Below, in pieces: positions 20,501-28,218 of a stretch of 64,000 nucleotides of DNA. Position numbers and translations under genes: made by a program. The notes beneath the pieces were generated by a model. That model was not told where the DNA came from. It saw only the letters and a list, made by a program, of their open reading frames with translations, and did no database searches. The stretch is from Candidatus Poribacteria bacterium (GTDB lineage: Bacteria > Poribacteria > WGA-4E > WGA-3G), in NCBI GenBank assembly GCA_965116815.1, contig OZ220722.1, positions 1,695,050 through 1,759,049 on the forward strand, written 5' to 3'. The stretch's first letter is position 1. Each line of letters opens with the position of its first letter.

Positions 20501-21427
20501 TTTAGAAGTCGCAAAATGAACACCCATCAGGTCGTTTTTGGTTTGGTTTTCTGTTAATCTCCAGTTTTCCCCGCCATCTTCGGTCCGAATGATGAACCCG
20601 CCCTGTGCAACCGCCACGCCGTAGTCATCATCAATAAAATGGAAGTCATAGACGGTTGGACGGACATGTCCATAAATCATCGGGAGTCGACTGTATTGGG
20701 TCTGCCATTCTGTTCCACCGTTAGTTGTGTGGAAAATGGTGCCGTCTGTGCCACCGCTCCACCCCTTATAAGGGGTCGCAAAAAATACCGTATGGAGGTT
20801 GCAAACCTCCGATGTATCGTGTTCCGTTCTCGCAAGCTGATCCTGTCTACGCCAAGTTTGGCTACCGTCTGAAGTGACAAAAATCCTGTCGTAATCTCCC
20901 ACGATCCATCCGCGATGCTTGTCTACAAAGTGGATGCCACCGAGTCCGAATTCGCTCGCTTCCTGATGATGCCATGTTTTTCCACCATTTTTTGTTTGTA
21001 ACAGCCCATCCTGACCAGCAATCCAACCGGTCTTTGAGTTGAGGAAAAAGACATCCATAAGCAGCGTGTGCGCTTGATTCCTTTGCAGGGTCCAGTGTCG
21101 TCCACCGTCGTCAGTAATAGCAATTAACCCTTTGTCGCCAACTGCCCAACCGTTACGAAGGTTTGTGAAGTAAACCGCTTTGAAATCCTCATGCGTGTTC
21201 ACTGTCTGTTTTTCCCAACTTACGCCGCCATCAGCCGTATGAAGAATCCATCCCTGATGCCCCACAATCCATCCGTGTTTGGCATCCGCAAAGTAGATGT
21301 CCGTAAAATGGGTTTGCCAGTCCGCTATACGAGTAATCTCTTTTTTCACACAACCGGTGAACAGGAAAGGAATTGCCAAAAGAGTTGCTATTGAAAAACA
21401 AGTGATGTATTGAAAAATCTTTTTCAT
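17546..21427 (-). CDS. Giant Ycf48-like/BNR-repeat lipoprotein (copy 2, ~90% identical to 11013..14873)
   Basis: Start at the ATG at 21427 (MKKIFQYITCFSIATLLAIPFLFTGC) with an AGGAGA RBS. The ORF track gives 17546..21451. Long stretches are >90% identical to copy 1 at the nucleotide level. Confidence 0.8.
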   Translation of the reverse strand: MKKIFQYITCFSIATLLAIPFLFTGCVKKEITRIADWQTHFTDIYFADAKHGWIVGHQGWILHTADGGVSWEKQTVNTHEDFKAVYFTNLRNGWAVGDKGLIAITDDGGRHWTLQRNQAHTLLMDVFFLNSKTGWIAGQDGLLQTKNGGKTWHHQEASEFGLGGIHFVDKHRGWIVGDYDRIFVTSDGSQTWRRQDQLARTEHDTSEVCNLHTVFFATPYKGWSGGTDGTIFHTTNGGTEWQTQYSRLPMIYGHVRPTVYDFHFIDDDYGVAVAQGGFIIRTEDGGENWRLTENQTKNDLMGVHFATSKEAWAVGWNGTLLHSTDGGVTWNMRSGTTADDLQSVAFADADRAVAVGEKGTIATSDDSGKTWTNIEMDTWHRIRNLSFVTDKEGWAVGDGGLILHTTDAGQTWERQTSGWWYTLNALHFINPQKGWIVGDLGTVLHTTDGGETWVQQAPRYFHEMIKGIFFLNETEGWVVGWPGIVFHTQDGGLTWKRQNSNSYNELYAAYFIDQHTGWVVGQFGEILHTLDGGKTWKFQRSGTQAHLNKVYFADANHGLIVGDEGVILTTINGGMTWESQKSGTSNDLYSFSLSPDGILLVGEGGIAMRYSVDTEQFIAELPPAAQDIETDEKPIEPIEYHWEIVRQGSWQSKFTDTYFLSAEEGWTVGDGGTILRTTDGGTTWQTQQSSVTEELQRIVFIDKKHGWISGQGVLLRTENGGETWHVVREGLKNFRNIRAIHFINPKEGWIGVDRGQILRTNDGGITWTLQQTGTTQQPITHLHFINSQEGWAVAPQRRTGGFILHTVDGGDYWQIQATTHQRCIGIHFLNATSGWVIMEDGTSLLTTDGGENWKRDLDTGRDIKGLNLDIHLVTVKFRNHTEAWATAWAINAGQMILTTQNQGESWKTLNSLFGQESENGDSESWIEEMAAERPFGYSIQITNAHFLPDGRGWVVGREQIFDRESVGADIGGSNEAEASTGQIYATTDGGKTWHHQLGEPLDNFRDVLFLNEQNGWIAGDNGALLSTEDGGINWKRLQTNTMARIVDVHFISLEPKWGWAMERDGTLLYTTNGDDWSTDNNQELPQRELPDLPQHQLPPLSINEAAFGKFSEGWAVGENGEIIHNLDGGPIWKLQHTSTGKNLRSVDMKFAPLGWAVGSNGVIQRTVNGGEYWKFHETHAGYDLHGVSFTTKRKGWAVGRAGIILSTTDGGFTWESKLSGMSETLYDILALSEHEIYAVGAAGTIIHSTDGGETWKREHTGVDNDLYVITRVKDGKRLWVAGQGGVVLRRPKR

Positions 21428-21505
21428 CTGTTTTGTCTCCTTTAGTAGCAATCAGCAAAGACGCAAACGTTTAGGATCGTTTCTTTTTTTACGGGCAGCC
21501 GACGG

Positions 21506-22732
21506 CTATTTTTCAGAGGGTAGATAAACCCCGACTGCGGCACCAGCGTCCGTAGCAAACCAGAGTTTGCCACTGCTGTCTTCAAACACCGACCAGACTC
21601 GGTTACTCGGTAGACCGTCGTCTGTGTTAAAGTTTTGGAACCTCTCACCGTTATAGACACTTACACCAGTATTGACGACATTGTAAAGCATGCTAACGCT
21701 TTCCTCAGTTTCGTTTATCGTCGGAGGCAGGTTCTTGACACCGGTAAACCAGAGGTTGCCGCTGCTATCCTGCATGATGTTGTCAACGCTATTCATTGGA
21801 AGTGCTTCACTTTGTGGAAAGGTTGTCAGTTTTTTGCCATCGTATCGACGTATACCGCTGTCTTCCTCGTCCATACCATCTTTACTCATCCAGAGGTTTT
21901 CCTTCGCATCGAACTGCTGATCTGTTATGTTTGCAGTTGGGGCATTCCCCATCTCTTGGAAAAGGGTGAAGTCCTCGTCGATAGCAAAATGACGGAAACG
22001 GTTCGTTTGGAGGTTGTAATAGGTAATGCCAGCGGTGCTGCCAAACCAAAAATTTCCTGCTGTATCCTGTGCAATCGCTTTAATTTCGTCCCACCGATCC
22101 GGTAATACTTGCATCCCGATCGGTCCGTTCATAGTGATAGTGTTGAAAGTTTCCCCGTCATAGTGACTCACACCAGCCGATGTCGCGAACCAAAGCGTAC
22201 CAGTTTCGTCTTCAAAGATATCTTTAATGGTATCACGGGGGAGACCGTCGGCGGTCGTAAAAATCCTGAACTTTTCGCCGTCGTAGCGACTCACGCCTTT
22301 TAACCGAATGGGCTTTCTCGTTCCTGCTGATGTTTCATCATAGGGTGTGAGATCGAGTTCACTCAATGGCGTTTCCATCCAAGACATATCCATAGGCTTC
22401 CCTCTTTCCAGAAAGCTTGAAAGCACACCGTCAGCAAACCAAAGCATTCCTCGTTGGTCTTCAAAGATGAGACCTATCGTGTTCCGTGAAAGTCCATCTT
22501 CTGTTGTGAAGGTTTGGAAATTCTTCCCATCATAGCGGGTGAGTCCATCGGTCGTTCCGAACCACATCGTGCCACTGCTATCTTCAAAAATGGTGAGCAC
22601 CGTATTGGATACCAAACCATCCGCTTGGGTTAAGGTCTTTTCGATTTTAAGCTCCGCTGCGCTGGCAACATATACTACCCAATTCAACAGTAGAAACATA
22701 GCAAGCCACATTGCATGAGATCGTTTTCGCAT
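21506..22732 (-). CDS. Secreted stand-alone Reg_prop beta-propeller protein (paralogue of the C-terminal domain of 14897..16999, without a sigma domain)
   Basis: Probable start MRKRSHAMWLAMFLLLNWVVYVASA (signal peptide) at 22732. The repeats TLTQADGLVSNTVLTIFEDSSGTMWFGTTDGLTRYDG are near-identical to the fusion protein. There is no room for a sigma domain before the next gene. Confidence 0.7.
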   Translation of the reverse strand: MRKRSHAMWLAMFLLLNWVVYVASAAELKIEKTLTQADGLVSNTVLTIFEDSSGTMWFGTTDGLTRYDGKNFQTFTTEDGLSRNTIGLIFEDQRGMLWFADGVLSSFLERGKPMDMSWMETPLSELDLTPYDETSAGTRKPIRLKGVSRYDGEKFRIFTTADGLPRDTIKDIFEDETGTLWFATSAGVSHYDGETFNTITMNGPIGMQVLPDRWDEIKAIAQDTAGNFWFGSTAGITYYNLQTNRFRHFAIDEDFTLFQEMGNAPTANITDQQFDAKENLWMSKDGMDEEDSGIRRYDGKKLTTFPQSEALPMNSVDNIMQDSSGNLWFTGVKNLPPTINETEESVSMLYNVVNTGVSVYNGERFQNFNTDDGLPSNRVWSVFEDSSGKLWFATDAGAAVGVYLPSEK

Positions 22733-22961
22733 TGAAAAACTCCTTCTCTCGGAAATATGGAAGCATTCTAATTTTTGGATTTTTGCTATCCCGAAATGTG
22801 TCGTCCATTTGATGTAAGTGGGGTTCAGAATCAGTTGTAGTTCCAGTATGACCGAAAGCAAGGTAACTGATACCGAGTAGTAACAAACAGACAAGAAGTA
22901 GGTTAATTATTACAAAGCGCATTTTCTCTTTCCTTATTTAAAGTTAAGAATTACGCTGAAC

Positions 22962-23780
22962 TTACAAGCGGTAATTTGCTAATTTGATATCCGCCCAAGT
23001 CGTTGTCACCTTATCGCTCGGTGAAACAGCGAGGAAGTTTCCCGACATTGCTTGTTTGATCTCGGTTCCACTGAGCCCGCGCTGCCATACCGCTGCTTCG
23101 TCAATAGAGCCATTGACAAATGCATATTTATTTTTTGCGCATCCTATCCAGACGGGTGCGATATTGTCACCAGCGAAGTTGAATTCCTTCTTTTCTTCGC
23201 CCATGACTTCACCGTCTAAATAGATTTTCGTCGTTTTCCCGTCGTAACTTCCCGCAACATGATGCCACCGTTTTTCCTTCATTTTGTGCGGAACGATGAA
23301 TTCTTGTCGATCCGAACCCCCATGGTCATCCCGTGACCCCAGAAGCAACCAGATTTCTGGTCCGCGACCGATGTCAATACTACCGATGCCATAAGAGGCT
23401 CCCCACTTGACTTCAAACCAATGACAGCCCTTATCAATCCAATGCACCTTCTTGCCTTTCCACGTTTCTTGATAATAGACCCATGCCATCATTGTTATTT
23501 CATCTACGACTTTTAACTTCTCCCGAGACGGAATATTGACGCAATCCTGTCCGTTGTTCGTAATGTGGATTGCATCCCCATACTTACCCTTGACAATCTC
23601 AGTATTTTCAATGATCTCCGCGTCGAGACCATTACCCGACGTATCAACAATCGTCTGCTTTTTAACGTTGTCAAAGTCCAGATAAAAAACGAGGTCTTCA
23701 TTAAGCCCTGCGTTCGCGTGAGTCGTCACTAACAGAATAACAACATTAAAAAAGATAGTACCGATGGGTAACCGTGCCAT
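22962..23780 (-). CDS. Secreted LamG-like (concanavalin-A-like lectin/glucanase, Laminin_G_3) domain protein
   Basis: Signal peptide. The DTSGNGLDAEI..GKYGDAIHITNNGQDCVNIP motif is characteristic of LamG_3. Confidence 0.6.
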   Translation of the reverse strand: MARLPIGTIFFNVVILLVTTHANAGLNEDLVFYLDFDNVKKQTIVDTSGNGLDAEIIENTEIVKGKYGDAIHITNNGQDCVNIPSREKLKVVDEITMMAWVYYQETWKGKKVHWIDKGCHWFEVKWGASYGIGSIDIGRGPEIWLLLGSRDDHGGSDRQEFIVPHKMKEKRWHHVAGSYDGKTTKIYLDGEVMGEEKKEFNFAGDNIAPVWIGCAKNKYAFVNGSIDEAAVWQRGLSGTEIKQAMSGNFLAVSPSDKVTTTWADIKLANYRL

Positions 23781-24321
23781 ATTTTTGCTCCTTTATGATT
23801 TGTCGAGTTTCCCTTGAAATGGTAAACGTAAAGACAATGTGCAATTTATGTGCCAACCTGAGAGTGATATCATGGTGAAACGGGAAATATCGCCTTGATA
23901 GTCGGTTGAACGCGGGATTAAGCGATTTTTAGGAGATAAAAATATTTGAAAGAACACTGCACCAAATAGGGCAGATAATACGGACAACTGCACGAATTTG
24001 TGCAATGACCTCGACGCTGTGTGCCTTTTATGTTTCAACATTAGATGAACCATTTTGTCAGTCATATATAGTAAAGTCCGTAACTATCTATACATCACCC
24101 AAAGGGCGAGGATACAATCCTCGCCAGCGGCGTGGAAGGTTGGTTCGCTAACCAACTAACTGTCTATATGTTTCCGGGCTTTACTACTTTACTATATAAT
24201 GACGCGGATAGCAGACGAAAGGGTTGCCTAATTCTGCCAAAAATTGGGGGAAATGTAATAAAGGACATAGATCGCGTCTATGTCCAAAGGGAAGTGTAGG
24301 AAGGCGTATTCTTGACGCTAT

Positions 24322-25086
24322 TTAGAGCGAAAGGATGCCACCCTCAACGAGCATCGGGGCACCGGTCATATATCTTGATTCGTCGGAGGCTAAATAGACT
24401 GCTGCCCAAGCAATATCTTCCGGTTCACCGATACCCAACGGATGCATCTCTTTGATTTCTTTGTTGATTGCCTCTGGGTCTGGCTGCTTCGATAGGAATT
24501 CTTGATAGAGTTCGGTGTTGATCGTGCCGGGGCAGAGGCTGTTAACACGGATGTTGTCTTCAGCATACCGAACCGCCATGCTGCGTGAGAGGTGTACCAC
24601 AGCGGCTTTGGAGGAGGTATAGGCGGGATGCATCGGAAACCCGACGTAGGCAGATTCACTCGCCATATTGATAATCGAACCGCCACCGGCTTCGCGCATT
24701 AATGGGATTATCGCCCGTGAGACGAGATAGATGCTTTTCACATTGACAGCGTATTGCCGATCCCAGTCCGCCTCAGAGATCTCTTCTAATTCACCTACGA
24801 CAGCAATACCGGCGTTGTTGAACAACACATTTGGATTGCCAAGTTCGGACGTGACCTGTGCAACAGCGTTCTCAATTTGTGCTGCGTCGGTTATATCACA
24901 CTCGCAGAAGAGGGCGGTTCCACCGGAGGCTTGAATCTGTTGCGTGGTCGCTTCGCCACGCTCAGCGTTGATATCCCAGATAGCGACAGCTGCACCTTCA
25001 CCCGCGAAAAGTTCTGCGCTTTTCGCACCGATGCCTCGCGCTGCACCTGTGATAACTGCGATTTTGTCCTTAAGTCGGTCTGCCAT
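24322..25086 (-). CDS. SDR family NAD(P)-dependent oxidoreductase
   Basis: TGAARGIG Rossmann motif, NNAG, and catalytic YTSSK. Confidence 0.85.
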   Translation of the reverse strand: MADRLKDKIAVITGAARGIGAKSAELFAGEGAAVAIWDINAERGEATTQQIQASGGTALFCECDITDAAQIENAVAQVTSELGNPNVLFNNAGIAVVGELEEISEADWDRQYAVNVKSIYLVSRAIIPLMREAGGGSIINMASESAYVGFPMHPAYTSSKAAVVHLSRSMAVRYAEDNIRVNSLCPGTINTELYQEFLSKQPDPEAINKEIKEMHPLGIGEPEDIAWAAVYLASDESRYMTGAPMLVEGGILSL

Positions 25087-25171
25087 ATATGTTCTTTCTC
25101 AGATAGGGAGTTTCGCAACCATAAGGGCTTTTACCAGTAAAGAATCGCGTCTTTCCCTGAGCAAGTCTGTC

Positions 25172-25366
25172 CTACATTTGATGGTTCCGTTGGATCCGCT
25201 TTGCGATCGTCCTGATGTCGGGTTCATCAGCGATCCATTCCTTGCGTTCCTCTGTAAAATTACCTGTAGTCGGTTCACACTGCCTAAGAAATCGGACCAT
25301 ACCTGCGGCACCAAGGTTCTCAGAAAGCACTTTAAGCCCAGCTTCGTAAATTTCTGAGTCAGTCAT
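25172..25366 (-). CDS. Small hypothetical protein (uncertain)
   Basis: ORF 25172..25468 overlaps the antitoxin 3' end in another frame. It is trimmed here to the internal Met MTDSEIYEAGL. There are no recognisable motifs. Confidence 0.2.
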   Translation of the reverse strand: MTDSEIYEAGLKVLSENLGAAGMVRFLRQCEPTTGNFTEERKEWIADEPDIRTIAKRIQRNHQM

Positions 25367-25388
25367 CTTCAAATTGTTCATTAAATTC

Positions 25389-25733
25389 TTAAACTTCGTA
25401 GAAGGGCATTGAAATGTTAATTTCTGCGGCAGGCTTGTTAGCAGGTCTACCTCGGACAACAATTTCAATGTCGCAATCCAGTTTTCTAATCAGTGAAAAC
25501 AGCTGCTGAATAGAAAAGTCATCAAGCAAGCCATCTTGAAGGGCAGAAAACTCAGACTTGTTGAGGTCTAGCATCTTGGCTGCCTTACGTTCCGTGATCC
25601 CGCTTTTGGTTATAATACCATTGATTATTAAGGCAAGGCGGGCTTTCGCAAGGTATTCCTCTGGGTTGGGAACCTCCAAATCTTTAAATACATTGCCGCT
25701 ACCTTTTTCAATTTCAATTTTTTTCTCAGTCAT
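25389..25733 (-). CDS. HTH (XRE-family) antitoxin of a type II TA pair
   Basis: Its start overlaps the upstream toxin's stop by 4 bp (ATGA). A helix-turn-helix-like segment reads ITERKAAKMLDLNKSEFSALQDG. Confidence 0.6.
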   Translation of the reverse strand: MTEKKIEIEKGSGNVFKDLEVPNPEEYLAKARLALIINGIITKSGITERKAAKMLDLNKSEFSALQDGLLDDFSIQQLFSLIRKLDCDIEIVVRGRPANKPAAEINISMPFYEV

Positions 25734-26074
25734 TTTTTCTCCATTTGTGCCTGTGCTTTTACTATGTTTAAGCGTCTACGGATTAAATCAATTTCCTTTT
25801 TTGGAGTCTTTATTCCACGCTTTGATTTCTTCTTGAAGCAGTGGAGGACATAAATCAAATCTCCCAGGTTCACCACGTAAACCGCCCGATAGGTATCACG
25901 AGCGTGATCTCTCACAATTTCATACACTCCCGAAAATCCTCGCAATGGTTTAGTTTTGTCAGGAGTTTCTCCACCCTGTGCCTCTTCCAGTGCATAGCCG
26001 ATTTTCCTCCGAACATCGGTCGGAAATTCTAAGAGCCGCTTCTTCGAGTCCCCAACCCAGAAGACGGGGCGCAT
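25730..26074 (-). CDS. RelE/ParE-superfamily toxin (Gp49/HigB-like 'addiction module killer')
   Basis: The KPLRGFSGVYEIVRDHARDTYRAVYVVNLGDLIYVLHCFKKKSKRGIKTPKKEIDLIRRRL pattern is typical of Gp49-like toxins. The ATG at 26074 is preferred over the TTG at 26095. Confidence 0.6.
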   Translation of the reverse strand: MRPVFWVGDSKKRLLEFPTDVRRKIGYALEEAQGGETPDKTKPLRGFSGVYEIVRDHARDTYRAVYVVNLGDLIYVLHCFKKKSKRGIKTPKKEIDLIRRRLNIVKAQAQMEKK

Positions 26075-26275
26075 TTGTTCGTCTTGCCTAAGCAAATTCT
26101 ACCAAACTCGAGAAGATTTTGCAACAGTTTTTTGCTATCACGGTACCTATGCAAATCTACAGGGATTTTGGGATAAATGCGGATTGGTTGCGTCTACATT
26201 TACTTGTAATGAATCTTGACACGTCGCACAGGCGCGAAAATCTTCACGACACACAAACTCGGGCAGATGCTACGT

Positions 26276-27085
26276 TTAGAGTCCTCTCAGGAGGGATACC
26301 CACCGCTCCCATGCAGCTTTCGTAGCGGATTTTTGAGCGTCGTTTGCGTCTTCTGCCATGCCGCGTCTCAAGAAGGCGTGACCGACTCCTTCATAGATAA
26401 CGGGGTCGTAGGTAACGTTTGCGGCATCGGCTGCGGCTTCGGTGGCATCAATTGTGGCATTGATGCGGTTGTCACTCTCGCCATAAAAACCGTATATTGG
26501 TGCTGATATTTTGGGGATGTTTTCCGGTGCTGCGGCGCGACCGTAGAACACGAAGCCAGCGGCTATTGTATCGGAATGGACAGCGTAGCTGAACGTTTGA
26601 CCGCCTCCCCAGCAGAAGCCGGAAACAGCAACCTTTTCATTCGTTGAAGGTAGGTCTCTGGCATATTTCTGAATGGCATCCAGATCTGATGTGACTTGAG
26701 AGGGTGAGAGTTCTCGGATGCTCCGTCGCACGTCGTCCCTATAATCGAAACTCTCTGTGCCGCCGCCGTCAGGTCCCATGCCGGAAAGCAGGTCAGGGCA
26801 GATTGCGACAAAGCCTTCGGAGGCGAGTCTGTCTGCAACGAGGCGAATCCAATCGGTGAGCCCAAAAATTTCGTGGATAACGATGATAGCCGTTGCTGGT
26901 TCTTTTACCTCTGGATAAACAACAAACGTATTGACAACACGCCCATCCGGAGTCGTGACTTTTACCCATTCGCCGTGGCGCGGTGATTTTTCGAGTTCAG
27001 TCTTTATGCTGTCAGCCCCTGCGTTACTAATGAACAATAAACCGGTAACAATGATGCCTAACATGAGGGCATTACACATCTGCAT
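26276..27085 (-). CDS. Dienelactone hydrolase family protein (secreted)
   Basis: Signal peptide. IHEIFGL and the nucleophile context GFCWGG. Conserved C-terminal His. Confidence 0.75.
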   Translation of the reverse strand: MQMCNALMLGIIVTGLLFISNAGADSIKTELEKSPRHGEWVKVTTPDGRVVNTFVVYPEVKEPATAIIVIHEIFGLTDWIRLVADRLASEGFVAICPDLLSGMGPDGGGTESFDYRDDVRRSIRELSPSQVTSDLDAIQKYARDLPSTNEKVAVSGFCWGGGQTFSYAVHSDTIAAGFVFYGRAAAPENIPKISAPIYGFYGESDNRINATIDATEAAADAANVTYDPVIYEGVGHAFLRRGMAEDANDAQKSATKAAWERWVSLLRGL

Positions 27086-27094
27086 AGTTTCTCC

Positions 27095-28198
27095 CTATTT
27101 TTCCTTTGTTTTGTGAATAATGGATTCTACGACCTTCTGCATTTCAGGAGTAGGTATTGCACCGATCAAGAAGAAGTGGATTTTCACCCCCGACCATCTG
27201 AAGGCATCCGTCGATACGAACCGGTGTTTATAGACCTTCTGACCGCCAAGTTCAATCTCGGTTTCTCTTCTACGTTCTCTATCGCTGAGACGAGGTGGGT
27301 CGCCTGTTTTTTCAAATAGCGTGAAGGTTACCAATCCATCTGTATATTCGAGAAGAATTGAATCCTTCTCTTTGCTTCTTATACTACGAACCTCCTGCAA
27401 CTGGAACCCGGGTGGTAGGTATTCAGGTTGAATGGGTTTCGTTTTAAGCGTTTTTTCTGCATCGGCAAGTGAAATTGGGTCGCTCCGCGAGGGTCGCTGC
27501 TTTATCTCTTTTTCAAAAACCTGCCATTTGCGTTCCACGGCTTCAGGATCGAAACTAATTCGGTTATAGACAAACATCTCCCGAAGCACGCCTTCAGCAT
27601 CCAGGTCCTCTACCCGCAAGATAGCACCGTTTTCACGAGCAAAGAAGATGCGTTTTGTGGGTCTATCAGCAAATTTAGGCGTGATCGTTAGGATGTTAGT
27701 TTCATGGCCCGCTATTTTTTCTTCGGATTCCGATTCTTCCAAGTTGTAGTTTTGGGCGATTAGCTCAATCTGTTTTTTCGAGAATTGGCTTCTAACTTGC
27801 CGCCATTCGCTCCGATTTCGATTTCTTTCCCGACGGTCTCCGCGATTTTCGTTATCATCTCTTCTTCTGTTGTCGTTCCGGCGTTCGTCTCTGCTGCGCG
27901 AACCTTCATGCGAATGTCGTTCACCGACCGCGGATACCACCCGCCGATACGATACATTCGCGGATTTATGAATAACCACCTCTTCAAAAGTCCGTGTGCC
28001 TCTCGACGAACTAAACGTCTTCACGCGGAGCCCCACGTAACTGACTTTACGCTCGGCTTCTGCAATGCGTTCAAGCGTGCTGACATCAGCAAAAAGTGTG
28101 TGAGGTGTCCACAACAAAAAGGCTAAAACTGCAGACCATAAAAGATGATGGTTAGATCGTCCGTCCCTATGAAGAATTAGATGCTTATGCGTTTGCAT
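27095..28198 (-). CDS. RseB/MucB-like (LolA-fold) periplasmic sigma-E regulatory protein with an Arg/Asp/Glu-rich low-complexity insert
   Basis: Third gene after the ECF sigma and anti-sigma genes. ATG at 28198, 21 nt after the anti-sigma stop. N-terminal signal/TM. The overall MucB_RseB-like pattern is a moderate match. Confidence 0.5.
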   Translation of the reverse strand: MQTHKHLILHRDGRSNHHLLWSAVLAFLLWTPHTLFADVSTLERIAEAERKVSYVGLRVKTFSSSRGTRTFEEVVIHKSANVSYRRVVSAVGERHSHEGSRSRDERRNDNRRRDDNENRGDRRERNRNRSEWRQVRSQFSKKQIELIAQNYNLEESESEEKIAGHETNILTITPKFADRPTKRIFFARENGAILRVEDLDAEGVLREMFVYNRISFDPEAVERKWQVFEKEIKQRPSRSDPISLADAEKTLKTKPIQPEYLPPGFQLQEVRSIRSKEKDSILLEYTDGLVTFTLFEKTGDPPRLSDRERRRETEIELGGQKVYKHRFVSTDAFRWSGVKIHFFLIGAIPTPEMQKVVESIIHKTKEK

Positions 28199-28218
28199 GG
28201 ATTCACCTGTTGGAAAAT

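Noticed and set aside
22647-22922. 91-aa ORF with a TM segment overlapping the start of the stand-alone Reg_prop gene
   Set aside because: It overlaps the far better supported signal-peptide start at 22732 in another frame. It is possibly a remnant of the deleted sigma–TM region, but it has no detectable sigma motifs.
23793-24065. 90-aa ORF between the LamG and SDR genes
   Set aside because: No RBS and low-complexity composition. The region is better explained by the palindromic structured element at 24061..24212.
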